Numbered from the stretch's first letter, positions 7,800 through 17,763 are shown. The stretch: 64,000 nucleotides of DNA from an uncultured Acidobacteriota bacterium (GCA_963822445.1 CAWGHO010000003.1:224001-288000), one strand, 5' to 3'. Translations and numbers: made by a program. Notes: generated by a model from the sequence alone, not told the origin.

Positions 7800-9853
7800 C
7801 CCGGTATGAACGTGTGGTCGAGATTCTCGACCGCGCTGCGGCGAACAGCGACGCCGATTACGGCGGCGCCGGACGCTTCTGGTTTCCGCTCGCCAATCTG
7901 TTGCAGGCGCGCGTCCACGGCGTCCGGATGATCGCCCCCGAAGAGCCGGCGGAGCAGGCCTGCCCTTGCTGCGTGCCGGCGTCCGGCGATGGCCCGCCCT
8001 TCCCCGAGCGGGGCGCGAAGTCCGGCCTGGTGCGTGGGCTTCGCGGTCAGGCTCCGTTCGACGGAACACAGTTTCCCCGTCTGCCGTGGGGCGGCAGCCC
8101 TGTCGCGCCGGACGACATCGAGCTGATCTCGTCCTGGATCGACGATGGTTGTCCCGATCCGCAGCACGAGATCTCGCTCCAGGCGGTCGCGCAAACGTCG
8201 GCGACGAGCGTCGAGGCCATCCCGGAGGGCAACACCGAGAGCGAAACGCGGACGTGGCCTGTTTATGAAGGCTCCCCGAACGAGTACCGCTATCCCTACG
8301 GCGAGGTGAAGCAGCGGATGAACCTCGACTGCCTCCTGCCCGATCAACTGGCCCAGCTCCGTCGAGCCTTCCGGGAGATGTACCGGCTGAACAAGTGGCC
8401 CGAGGACCGGCGCAGTTACAACAACATGGCGTTGATTCACAAGAATCACTGCCAGCACGGGTGGGAGCGCTTCCTGCCGTGGCACCGCATCTACCTGTAC
8501 GAGTTCGAGCAGGTGATGCAGGACGTCTGCCCCGGCGTCACCATGCCTTACTGGGACTGGACTCTGACGCAGTATGTCCCCGAGCATCCGGAGACGGGCG
8601 CGATCATCCCGGAGTCGTTCAAGGGATTCATCACCGACGACTCGCTCGACTACCTGACGCACGCCACGCCGAAGCTGGGGGCGGCGGAAGCGAAGACGCT
8701 GTCGGAACAGGTGGTCGGCACACTGTACAGCTCCGTCACCAAATTTTTCGACGCGGTCGAGGCGGCGATCGGCAAGCCGTACACGCAGGGTGATCACCGC
8801 GATCGTTTCATCGACGCGCTCCTCGCGGCGAATTCGCTCTGGTATCCGCTGCGCTATTCGGCCGAGTTCCCGAAAGGAATCACCGGCGATCCCTTCCACT
8901 ATCACTACCCGACCGCCGAGGACATGCAGCAGATCATGGCGCTGCGCACCTTCCGCGACTTCGGCGGCGGAAGCCTCTACAACGACTCGTTCGGCTATCT
9001 CGACCAGAACCCGCACAACACGATGCACATCTGGACGGGCGGACTGAACCCGAATCCCGAGCCCGATCCCGAGTTCGGCGTGGCGCTGGGGCGCAACCGC
9101 AACCGCGCCACCAAAGCCGCCGCGCGCGTCTTCCACTCGCGTGAAGACATGTACACCCAGCCCGGCAGCGGCGACATGCTGAGCAATCTCACCGCCTCGT
9201 ACGACCCGATCTTCTGGCCCATCCACGCCAACATCGACCGCCTCTGGTCGGAATGGCAGCAGTGCAACCCGCACGCGAACCCCGCCGATCTCGACGCCGT
9301 GCTCACGCCGTGGAGCTACACCACTGCGGACACGCTCGACATGGCGCGCTTCGGCTACGAGTACGTCAAGTGCGCCTTCGTGGTGCCGGTTGGTCTCTCC
9401 GCGCCGGTGGGGCGCTTCGTCTCCCAGCCGATCGCCATTCCGAAGCCGGCGCGCAAGTCGTTCCGGCAGGTGGAGGTGCGGCTGCATCGGGTTCCGCAGC
9501 TTCCGCGCTCCTGCTTCATCCGCGTCTTCCTGAATCTGCCGGACGCAAACGCCTCCACGCCCATCGACCACGAGAACTACGCCGGTTACCTCGGCATCTT
9601 CGGCCACGGCGCATGCATCGGCGGCCCCGGGCACTGCGAGCTGCCGCCGTCGCGGGCGCGCGAGTACGACCTCCGCCCGCGCAGCCACAACACGCCGCGC
9701 AATCACCGCGTGAACGTCACCAGGACCGCCAAACGCCTGCTCGAAGGCGGTGCCGAATCGCTGCAGATCACGCTGTTGGTCATCGGCGCCGACTATCGCG
9801 AAGACAACGAGCTCCTGCGCGTCGACGGCGTCTCACTGGACTTCCTCGACTAG
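7775..9853 (+). CDS. Tyrosinase (type-3 copper) with extra N-terminal domain and C-terminal Cys/His domain
   Basis: GGAGAGGA RBS; CuA HKNHCQHGWERFLPWHR; CuB PHNTMH...DPIFWPIHANIDRLW; C-terminal FGHGACIGGPGHC. Confidence 0.92.
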   Translation: MAQTAGVVTRYERVVEILDRAAANSDADYGGAGRFWFPLANLLQARVHGVRMIAPEEPAEQACPCCVPASGDGPPFPERGAKSGLVRGLRGQAPFDGTQFPRLPWGGSPVAPDDIELISSWIDDGCPDPQHEISLQAVAQTSATSVEAIPEGNTESETRTWPVYEGSPNEYRYPYGEVKQRMNLDCLLPDQLAQLRRAFREMYRLNKWPEDRRSYNNMALIHKNHCQHGWERFLPWHRIYLYEFEQVMQDVCPGVTMPYWDWTLTQYVPEHPETGAIIPESFKGFITDDSLDYLTHATPKLGAAEAKTLSEQVVGTLYSSVTKFFDAVEAAIGKPYTQGDHRDRFIDALLAANSLWYPLRYSAEFPKGITGDPFHYHYPTAEDMQQIMALRTFRDFGGGSLYNDSFGYLDQNPHNTMHIWTGGLNPNPEPDPEFGVALGRNRNRATKAAARVFHSREDMYTQPGSGDMLSNLTASYDPIFWPIHANIDRLWSEWQQCNPHANPADLDAVLTPWSYTTADTLDMARFGYEYVKCAFVVPVGLSAPVGRFVSQPIAIPKPARKSFRQVEVRLHRVPQLPRSCFIRVFLNLPDANASTPIDHENYAGYLGIFGHGACIGGPGHCELPPSRAREYDLRPRSHNTPRNHRVNVTRTAKRLLEGGAESLQITLLVIGADYREDNELLRVDGVSLDFLD

Positions 9854-9863
9854 AAAGGCAGCG

Positions 9864-12458
9864 ATGAGAATTCCTATCTACCGCATCCATCCCGGCATCG
9901 GGGTCGCCCGCCTGGGCAACAGTCCCGACTCGTTTTACATCGGTCCGCAGCAGCGGGCCGAGCTGCCGATCGAGTGCGACGCGCTCGGCAATCCGATGCT
10001 CTCTCCGGACGGCATGACCGTGCAGCGCGTGGCCACGTTCAAGGATGCCGAGGGGCGCATCCGGCGGCAGGCGGCGCGATTCGAAGTGTGGGTGTACGAC
10101 GATGAATCGCCCGACGGACGCCCACTCCGCCGCGGAGATCCCATCGAAGGCGGCGGGAACGCCGGCGCGCTCGTCGACATCCAGTGGCGGGTCTGGCTGG
10201 CGAACAAGAAAGCGAGCTGGTACCAGTTCGATCAGCTCGAAGGGGAGCATGGATACGCGGACAACCATCCGCTGCGGAACTCCGACATCACCGACCCTGA
10301 CGCGCGGCAGCGGCTGATCATCGATCCCGGACCGCGCACGGTCGATGGATCGACGCGGCGGCGGGCCAGCTTCGACCGGGACGGCGGCGAGAACTATTCG
10401 CCGACCTTTCCGCCGCCGCTCGAGCCGTGGGCCATCGACACGCTCGGCGATCTGCTCACCGACAACGAGGGACGGCTCCTCGTCCTCGGCGGCCACGGTC
10501 ACTCCGGCTCCTATCTCTTCGACGAGTTCGGCCAGCCGCGCATCGTCGACTACGCGAACAACGACGGCTGGTTCGACGACACCTCCGACGGCCCGGTCAT
10601 GGCGCGGCTGGTCATGTTCTCCGACCTCGTCGGCGAGGTCCGCTTCATCGACGTCGAGGCGCCATCCTGGGTCATCTGCGCCTACCCGCGCTACGTTCCG
10701 GAGGTGCTCGACGTCGTGACCATGGACGACGTGATCGACGACCTCGCCATCACCGAGTTCGCGGAGCGGACCGACATCTACGGCACGGCGGGAACGTTCG
10801 GCGATCCGCCGTACATCGCGCCGACGGACACCGACGCGCTGATTCACTGGCGTGCCGGCCGGCTGCGCTGGAACCCCGACTACAAACCGTGGTTCTACCG
10901 CGACGTCTGGTCGATCCTCTTCCGCCCCGACCAGTTCACCTACCTCTGCAACATCCTCGGGCAATCGAATTTCCCGCACAACTACTCCACGCGCGGCACG
11001 TTCGATCCGGCGAAACTCTCGGTGCCGCCGCAGATCTTCTGGGCCGGCGTGCGGAAATGCGAGGCGCGCTGCATGCGCCGCCACCACGACGGCGAGCTGT
11101 TCGTCGAGACGCTCGCGCCGCTGTACCTCGTACTGCAGAAACAGATCGGCCGCGAGCTGAAGGAAAGCGGCAGGTCCCTTCCTCCCGACGGCGTCCTCAC
11201 CACGGAAATGTCCGACGCGATGCAGGAAGCGCTGAAGACATTCGGCGACGCGGTCATCGGCGCGCCGAAGGACGGCGACGACTTCGATGGCTATCTCGCG
11301 CGCTGGCGCAGCTCCTCCCAGGATCCGGAAGCGGCCGCGGCGCGCGGGGCGCTGGAGGAGCGGTTCGCGGAGATCGTCGACGGCTTCAGCGCTGGACTGA
11401 GCGACCAGCTGAAGAGCGACCTTCGGCGCCTCACCGCCGAACATCTCCGCAAGCACACCATCGGCAAGCTCCTCGACGACTGCCGGGCCACGTGCATCGC
11501 CGCGAACACCTACGATCCGTATCGCCCCGATCGGCTCTTCCTTTTCAGCTTGTTGAGGCAGCCGGGGGAGGAGAACGATTTCTTCCTTTCCGGCAAGCCG
11601 AGCTCCCGCGTGCACAACCTGCCGCTCATGCCGCTGCTGGCCGGCGACAACCCGATCTCCAACACCCTGCCGTCGAAATTTCTGCGGCTGACCGAGTACC
11701 AGTACTACGTGCTGCGGCAGTGGGCGAACGGGATCTTCTTCAACGAAGAGCTCGAAGGCTGGCCGTATCCGAATCCGTGGTGGCCGTACGACGAGACCGC
11801 CGTCCAGACCGGACGCGATCTCGACCGCGGCGCGCTGGCCAGCGTCCTCGGCGGCTCGTTCTGTCCCGGCGCGGAGGTGGGATGGGTCATGCGCAATCCC
11901 GCGATCTGGCGCGAGCCGTATCGCATCAAAGCCGATCCCGGCTACTACGAGTTCGGCCAGACCGCGGCGCAGGCGAACGCGAACCACGGCCGCATTCCGG
12001 AAATCGACTACTCCTCGTACTCGACGAACGACCTCAGTCAGAAGAGCAACTTCGACGTCGGCCTGCAGCCCGGCGACCTCACCAAGTCGATGTCCGTGCC
12101 GTGGCAGAGCGACTTCAACGAGTGCACCACGCAGCCTATCGACATCACGTACGAAGAGTGGAACACCATCAATCCCGATGAGCCGGCCGACGCGCTGATG
12201 GCGCGCGAGCAGAAGGTCTGGGAGACGCTCTGGTGGCCGGCCCACCGGCCGACGCAGACGAGCGAAGCCACGTCAGCCGGCAACATCACCTGGCTCGATT
12301 GGACGCCGGGTGTTCCGCAGACGAACGCCGGCGATCTGAAGATGGTGACCGAGTGGTGGCGGCTGCCGTTCGTCACCCGCAACGCGGCCTACGACTTCAC
12401 GTTGCCGCCGCCCCAGAACCCGCCGCCGTACGTCAGCAAGGAGCGCACGAAGCGCTGA
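9864..12458 (+). CDS. LodA/GoxA-family CTQ-dependent amino-acid oxidase
   Basis: YRIHPGIGVARLGNS; ANKKASWY; NNDGWFDDTSDGPV; GGSFCPGAE; PGDLTKSMSVPWQSDFNEC (CTQ Cys); WWPAHRP (CTQ Trp). Confidence 0.93.
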   Translation: MRIPIYRIHPGIGVARLGNSPDSFYIGPQQRAELPIECDALGNPMLSPDGMTVQRVATFKDAEGRIRRQAARFEVWVYDDESPDGRPLRRGDPIEGGGNAGALVDIQWRVWLANKKASWYQFDQLEGEHGYADNHPLRNSDITDPDARQRLIIDPGPRTVDGSTRRRASFDRDGGENYSPTFPPPLEPWAIDTLGDLLTDNEGRLLVLGGHGHSGSYLFDEFGQPRIVDYANNDGWFDDTSDGPVMARLVMFSDLVGEVRFIDVEAPSWVICAYPRYVPEVLDVVTMDDVIDDLAITEFAERTDIYGTAGTFGDPPYIAPTDTDALIHWRAGRLRWNPDYKPWFYRDVWSILFRPDQFTYLCNILGQSNFPHNYSTRGTFDPAKLSVPPQIFWAGVRKCEARCMRRHHDGELFVETLAPLYLVLQKQIGRELKESGRSLPPDGVLTTEMSDAMQEALKTFGDAVIGAPKDGDDFDGYLARWRSSSQDPEAAAARGALEERFAEIVDGFSAGLSDQLKSDLRRLTAEHLRKHTIGKLLDDCRATCIAANTYDPYRPDRLFLFSLLRQPGEENDFFLSGKPSSRVHNLPLMPLLAGDNPISNTLPSKFLRLTEYQYYVLRQWANGIFFNEELEGWPYPNPWWPYDETAVQTGRDLDRGALASVLGGSFCPGAEVGWVMRNPAIWREPYRIKADPGYYEFGQTAAQANANHGRIPEIDYSSYSTNDLSQKSNFDVGLQPGDLTKSMSVPWQSDFNECTTQPIDITYEEWNTINPDEPADALMAREQKVWETLWWPAHRPTQTSEATSAGNITWLDWTPGVPQTNAGDLKMVTEWWRLPFVTRNAAYDFTLPPPQNPPPYVSKERTKR

Positions 12459-12471
12459 AGAAGGAGACGCA

Positions 12472-12900
12472 ATGAAGCACGACAATCCGTTCGTCGGGAC
12501 GTGGAGCTACCGCAGTCTGAACAATGACCCTGATCTCTCCATCGCGTTCAACGACCTGCAATTCGGGATCGGCACGATCAAGATCACGGCCGACTCCTTC
12601 GACAGGCTCGGAGGAACGATCGGCGGGCAGGGGTGGTCGCTCAACCTGCGCGGCTCGTTCGGCTACGGTTCGCCGATGCAGATCCGCTTTCAAGGCAAAG
12701 GCGTGGTCGGTCCGGCGGAATGGATCTACGACTACATCGGCTGGCTGGTGCCGGTCTGGCCGAACAGCAACGACCAGCTGGAGCGGTCTTCGATCGTCGG
12801 CTCCATCGTGCGAACCGTCCCGCATCAGAGCGAAACGGGCACCGGTCCGATTCACCCGGCCGGCGTGGTCGCGTCCTGGTACGCCGTGCGCGCAAAGTGA
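12472..12900 (+). CDS. Hypothetical beta-rich protein between lodA and lodB
   Basis: GAAGGAG RBS; FVGTWSYRS...WIYDYIGW; stop overlaps the next gene's ATG. Confidence 0.8.
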   Translation: MKHDNPFVGTWSYRSLNNDPDLSIAFNDLQFGIGTIKITADSFDRLGGTIGGQGWSLNLRGSFGYGSPMQIRFQGKGVVGPAEWIYDYIGWLVPVWPNSNDQLERSSIVGSIVRTVPHQSETGTGPIHPAGVVASWYAVRAK

Positions 12901-13997
12901 TGCGTGTCGATGTCGCAATCGTCGGCGCCGGCCCGGCCGGAAGTGCGTGCGCGATCTCGCTGCGCGCGCACGCGCCTTCGCTTTCGGTCGCACTGATCGA
13001 AGCCTCGCCCTTCGACGCGGCGCGACCCGGTGAGACGCTTTCGCCCGCGGCGCGCCCGCTCCTCGAGCACCTCGGCGTCTTCGCCGCGTTTCGCGTCGCG
13101 GGACACGCGGAAGTACATGGAACGACCGCGTCGTGGGGCAACGATTCAGCGGAGGACAACGACTACATCTTCAACGCGCGTGGACCGGGCTGGCATCTGG
13201 ACCGAGCTCGCTTCGACGCCATGCTCGCCGAGCACGCCGCCTCGCGCGGCGCGGCACTGCTCGTCGGCGCAAAAGTGCGCGACGCCGACGGCGCCTGGCG
13301 TCTGCATCTCGCCGATGGACGAATCGTCGAAGCAGGTTTCGTCGTCGATGCGACCGGCAGCGCGGAACTGGCCAGGCGATTCCGTGCGGCGCGAGCCACG
13401 GCGTTCGATCATCTGGTCAGCTTCGGGAAATTCTTCGATGACCACTCGGACGGCGATCCGCGCACGGTCGTCCAGGCATTCGCGGATGGCTGGTGGTACA
13501 CCGCGGCGCTTCCGCGGCAGCGCCGCTTCGTCGCCTGCATGACCGACAGCGCCGTCGCCCGCCGCCTGCGTCTCAGCGACACGGCCACCTGGAGCCGGAT
13601 GCTCGAAGAGATGCCGCTGGTCGCCCGCGTCGCGCGCGGGGCGAATGCCTGCGGCCCGCTGGTCGCGCGTCCCTGCGGCTCGCGGCGGCTCGACCCGGCC
13701 GCGGGCGCCGATTGGATCGCCGCCGGCGATGCCGCGTCGCGGTACGATCCGCTTTCTTCCCAGGGAATCACCAAGGCGCTGCGCTCCGGCATCTTCGCGT
13801 CGTACGCGATCGGCGACCGACTGACCGGCGGCGACTCACGAGGACTCCGCCGCTATCATCGTTTCATCCGGTCCGAGTTCGACCACTACCTGCGCACCCG
13901 GGCGCAGGTCTATCGCGAGGAGCGGCGTTGGCCGGAGAGCGAGTTCTGGCTGAAGTTCGGAAACGACAACCCCATCCAAGACGAGCAGCAGGATTAG
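12900..13997 (+). CDS. LodB-like FAD-dependent oxidoreductase (CTQ biogenesis flavoprotein)
   Basis: VAIVGAGPAG; GETL; GWHLDRARFD; GDAASRYDPLSSQGI; sits downstream of lodA. Confidence 0.9.
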   Translation: MRVDVAIVGAGPAGSACAISLRAHAPSLSVALIEASPFDAARPGETLSPAARPLLEHLGVFAAFRVAGHAEVHGTTASWGNDSAEDNDYIFNARGPGWHLDRARFDAMLAEHAASRGAALLVGAKVRDADGAWRLHLADGRIVEAGFVVDATGSAELARRFRAARATAFDHLVSFGKFFDDHSDGDPRTVVQAFADGWWYTAALPRQRRFVACMTDSAVARRLRLSDTATWSRMLEEMPLVARVARGANACGPLVARPCGSRRLDPAAGADWIAAGDAASRYDPLSSQGITKALRSGIFASYAIGDRLTGGDSRGLRRYHRFIRSEFDHYLRTRAQVYREERRWPESEFWLKFGNDNPIQDEQQD

Positions 13998-14012
13998 AGA
14001 GGAGAGAACGTC

Positions 14013-14393
14013 ATGCCCGACTGGTCGATCAAGATCGTTCAATGCAGCACCGGCGAAGGCGCCGAATTCGTCCCTGACCTCAAAGGAAAGGTCGCCGGCG
14101 ACCCGCTGGAGTGCATGGTGGACGACCTGGTGACGTGGAACAACTGCACCACCGAGGAGCACCAGCCGTGGCCGGCCGACGACACGTACACGGCGCTTCC
14201 CAACGATCAGGTGCTCCCGCGGGGAGGCCCGAACTACCTGTCCGACATCATTCCCGCCGGAGGATCCTCGCAACCCAGTTACGACGTCGCCCAACCGTCC
14301 GCCGCGCCCGCGCAGTGGACCGTCCATTACATCTGCGTGCTCCATCCCTACGTGGAAACCGAGCGCGGAACCATCATCGGAAACGCGTACTGA
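14013..14393 (+). CDS. Small cupredoxin-like protein
   Basis: VTWNN...EEHQP and YICVLHP give a His/Cys/His copper-ligand pattern; GAGGAG RBS. Confidence 0.6.
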   Translation: MPDWSIKIVQCSTGEGAEFVPDLKGKVAGDPLECMVDDLVTWNNCTTEEHQPWPADDTYTALPNDQVLPRGGPNYLSDIIPAGGSSQPSYDVAQPSAAPAQWTVHYICVLHPYVETERGTIIGNAY

Positions 14394-14404
14394 GGAGCCA
14401 TGAC

Positions 14405-16915
14405 ATGCGCATCAATCGAATGAACCTGTTTCTGCTCACCCTTCTGTTGATCGCGGCCGTCCCGGCCACGGCGCAGTGGATTCCATGTCTGGGAGACTCC
14501 ACGACCGGCGGCGCCTGGACCGCGCCCGACCTTCCGACGATTCCCGAGCTCATTTCCAGCGGCGGCAAGCTGCGGGCCACGCTCATGCTCGTCGACGAGC
14601 AGCAGCGCATGACGTTCAAGACCCCTCCCGGCGCGGCGCCGTCGGACACGAACGTGATCAAGTGCGCGCCGCAGTACGTGCGCGCGTTCAAAGGCTTCGG
14701 CGCCACGCCTCCGCTGCCGAAACCGACCAGCGACTATCCCGATCCGATGCCCGGTCCGACCCTTCGGGCCCGCCTCGGCGACATGGTCGAGCTCACCTTC
14801 CTCAACCAGGTCAACCCTGCCAACTTCGGCAACTCCATCGACCGCGGCGACTCGAAGACCGGCACCGGCTGCGATGAGAGCAGCAACGGCTATCCGAACA
14901 AGGCCGGCGGCGGGAAGGACACGTATCCGGACTGCTTCCACGGCTCGAGCACCGCGAACATCCACTTCCACGGCACCCATACCAATCCCAACTCCACCGG
15001 TGACAACGTCTTCATCGAGATCCGCCCATCGCCTCGCAGCGGCGGGAAGCCCACCGTCACCAGGGAGACGTTCGCGAGCGCCTTCAGCGATTTCTTTCAG
15101 CGCTGCGAAGCGCAGCTCGGCCCCAACGTCCTCAGCCTCTGGCCGCACAAATGGGAAGACCTGCCCGACGCGTATACCGAGAAACAGAAGTCGCTGCTTC
15201 AGGCGTATGACATGACGCCGGACATCAAGAAGCTCTGGCCGGTGAATGCGGAGCAGATCGCGCGCGGCGACTGGCCGCAGTACTACATCGGCGCCTATCC
15301 CTACTGCTGGCAGATCCCGAAGTACACGGCGACGGTCTTCCCGCCGCCCCCTTCGACGACCGAGCACACCGGCCACACCGGCGGACCGCTCGACCCGCCG
15401 CCGCAAAAGCCGCTGCAGATGGGACAGGCGCCTGGTCTGCACTGGTATCACGCGCACAAGCATGGCTCGACGGCCATCAACGTCGGCAACGGGATGACCG
15501 GTGCGTTCGTGATCGAAGGGCAGTACGACGACGATCTCGACGCTTTCTACGGAACGGGCTGGACGCGCCGTCAGCCGGTGCTGGTGGTGAACCAGCTCGG
15601 CGTCACGCCCAATCTCATGCGCGGAGGAAGCGGCAGAACCGACAAGGGTCCCAACTTCTCCGTCAACGGCCGCATGCGCCCGGTGATGAAGATGCAGCCC
15701 GGCGAAGTGAAGCTGTGGCGGATCGTGAATACCTCCGGCCGCGCCGGAACGTTCGTGGTGGGGATGTACAACGCCGCCGGCCAGCCCGCCGTCGACGCGA
15801 GCAATAAGCCGCTGTTCACCTGGTATCAGATCGCCCAGGACGGCGTGCAGTTCAGCCCTGCCAACTTCGGGAGTCCCGGGTTCACGAACAACAAGTTCCT
15901 GCTCGCCGCCGGCAACCGCGCCGACCTTCTGGTTCAGGCGCCGCTGACGAAGGGCGTCTACAGCCTTCGCGTACAGAACGAGGTCGATCCGCAGGACCTC
16001 GCCACGCAGAACCTGGTCACGCTGTTCTCGGTGAACGTCACCGGCGCTCAGGCCACCGGCAATCTCGCCAAGCTGACCACCACCGCGCCGTCATTCCCCC
16101 CGTTCCTGACCGACATCAAACCGGAAGAGGTGAAGGGGACGAAGGAAGTGACGTTCTCCACCGGACCGACCTTCGGCGAGCATCGGATCAACCACAAGAA
16201 GTTCGACGGCGAGGTAGGGGAGCTCGTCCTCCTCAACACGGTTGAAGAGTGGAAGGTCGTGAACGAGACCTATGGCCCGCCGATCTCGCATCCGTTTCAC
16301 ATCCACATCAATCCGTTCCAGATCACGGAGATCTTCGATCCGAATGCGGTCCTGAGCACGGCGGACGGCGGCGGAACGTTGAGCACGACGAACAACAGCG
16401 CCGTCGTGACCGGCTCCGGTGCGACGAACTTCACGACCGTGCTGCGCCCCGGCTGGGTCCTCAACATCGCCGGTCAGGGTCTCGTCACGGTGCTCAGCAT
16501 CCAAGACGACACCCATCTCACGCTCACCGGCGTCGCCGGCACGACAGCCACGGGGCTGACGTACACGGTCAACACGCCGCAGTACGTGTTCCTCAACACG
16601 CCCGCACCGCTGGCAGGGCAGTGCTATCTCGATCCCGGGGACAAAACGACCTGGAAGCCTTGCGCATCCGTGCCGCAGCCGCCGGCCAAGGACAACATCT
16701 GGTGGGATGTCTTCCCGATTCCGTCAGGCGTCAGCGTGACGTGGGCCGGCGCGGCCAAGCCGCCGAACGTGCCCGGGTACTTCAGGATGCGCAGCCGCTT
16801 CGTCGACTACTCCGGCTACTACGTCATTCACTGCCACATCCTCGCGCACGAGGACCGCGGCATGATGACCGTCGTCGAAGTGGCGCCGGCGGCGTCGCCC
16901 TATTCGCACCATTGA
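14405..16915 (+). CDS. Secreted multicopper oxidase
   Basis: Signal peptide; NIHFHG, WYHAHKHG, HPFHIH, HCHILAHEDRGMM. Confidence 0.93.
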   Translation: MRINRMNLFLLTLLLIAAVPATAQWIPCLGDSTTGGAWTAPDLPTIPELISSGGKLRATLMLVDEQQRMTFKTPPGAAPSDTNVIKCAPQYVRAFKGFGATPPLPKPTSDYPDPMPGPTLRARLGDMVELTFLNQVNPANFGNSIDRGDSKTGTGCDESSNGYPNKAGGGKDTYPDCFHGSSTANIHFHGTHTNPNSTGDNVFIEIRPSPRSGGKPTVTRETFASAFSDFFQRCEAQLGPNVLSLWPHKWEDLPDAYTEKQKSLLQAYDMTPDIKKLWPVNAEQIARGDWPQYYIGAYPYCWQIPKYTATVFPPPPSTTEHTGHTGGPLDPPPQKPLQMGQAPGLHWYHAHKHGSTAINVGNGMTGAFVIEGQYDDDLDAFYGTGWTRRQPVLVVNQLGVTPNLMRGGSGRTDKGPNFSVNGRMRPVMKMQPGEVKLWRIVNTSGRAGTFVVGMYNAAGQPAVDASNKPLFTWYQIAQDGVQFSPANFGSPGFTNNKFLLAAGNRADLLVQAPLTKGVYSLRVQNEVDPQDLATQNLVTLFSVNVTGAQATGNLAKLTTTAPSFPPFLTDIKPEEVKGTKEVTFSTGPTFGEHRINHKKFDGEVGELVLLNTVEEWKVVNETYGPPISHPFHIHINPFQITEIFDPNAVLSTADGGGTLSTTNNSAVVTGSGATNFTTVLRPGWVLNIAGQGLVTVLSIQDDTHLTLTGVAGTTATGLTYTVNTPQYVFLNTPAPLAGQCYLDPGDKTTWKPCASVPQPPAKDNIWWDVFPIPSGVSVTWAGAAKPPNVPGYFRMRSRFVDYSGYYVIHCHILAHEDRGMMTVVEVAPAASPYSHH

Positions 16916-16929
16916 GATTTGGGTTCAAG

Positions 16930-16959
16930 GAGGTCGTCGCGGGAACCCGCGACGGCCTC
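16930..16959. terminator. Hairpin between convergent genes
   Basis: GAGGTCGTCGCGGG-AA-CCCGCGACGGCCTC. Confidence 0.6.
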
Positions 16960-16969
16960 ACTCGGCGGC

Positions 16970-17675
16970 TCACACTGGCTCGTGCCGCACGAGGACTGGC
17001 AAAGGACGCCGGCGGCGAACCCTCCATAACCAATAGAACATCGCACCGAACAGCACCAGGATCGGCAGCGCGCGCATCGGGCCGGTGGTGAACAGCTCGG
17101 GAAGGATTCTCGCGACCCGCTCGCGGATCGAGAAGAACGATCCCGCCGCGATGAACAGTGCGAAGCACATCCGCCACAGATGGCGCGCCAGGCGCGGTCC
17201 GCCTCGGGGCATGCCCGATCGCATGACCCGCACGTCGCCGGCCGCTGCCAGAAGAAGGACGGTGGCGAGGATGAAGGACATCACGCCGATCGTGCGAAAG
17301 GGAACTCCGCCCGACGAAAGGCCAGGGTTGTTGATGGCCTTGGCGCCGCCGGCGATTGAGGCGAGCGCGAGTCCGACTGCGACGGTCAGCGCGGCAATGT
17401 TGATCGCGCGCGTCCATCGCGACGGCGGGCGGACCGTCGTCAGCGCGGTGCCGACAAAATACATCGACAGGACCGCGGCAGCCACATTCGCCATGTCGGC
17501 TCGATGGAGAAACTCCAGGATCGACGCGGTCGTGCCCATCATCAGCATCGCGTAGACGAACAGCATCCCGCTGCGGCGGTGGATCGTTCCACCTTTCTTG
17601 ACGAACAGAGCGGCGAAGCCGAGACACAATCGCGAGCCCGCCGGCGACAACGTGAATGGGTAGAAGGGTCTGCAT
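16970..17675 (-). pseudogene. DUF2306-like membrane protein with a frameshift near 17625
   Basis: MQTLLPIHVVAGGLAIV in one frame continues as GFAALFVKKGGTIHRRSG...RLARHLWRMC in another; could be a sequencing indel. Confidence 0.7.
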
Positions 17676-17699
17676 GGTGACCAGCCTGCCGAGGCTCTG

Positions 17700-17739
17700 C
17701 TGAACTGAACCTGAACCGGGCCGTTCAGCGGTCGTTCAG
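17700..17739. promoter_or_regulatory. Two oppositely oriented PhoP/OmpR-type tandem boxes (GTTCAG-N5-GTTCAG)
   Basis: CTGAAC at 17700 and 17711 (minus-strand box); GTTCAG at 17723 and 17734 (plus-strand box); both in the divergent intergenic region upstream of the response regulator. Confidence 0.7.
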
Positions 17740-17763
17740 GAGCGACGCCCTAGCCTGCACGGC

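Noticed and set aside
7751-12245. Long antisense ORFs (7751-9706, 9780-12245; likewise 22121-23665, 54885-56648, 57725-59191)
   Set aside because: Shadow frames of high-GC genes; no motifs, and the opposite strand carries clear families.
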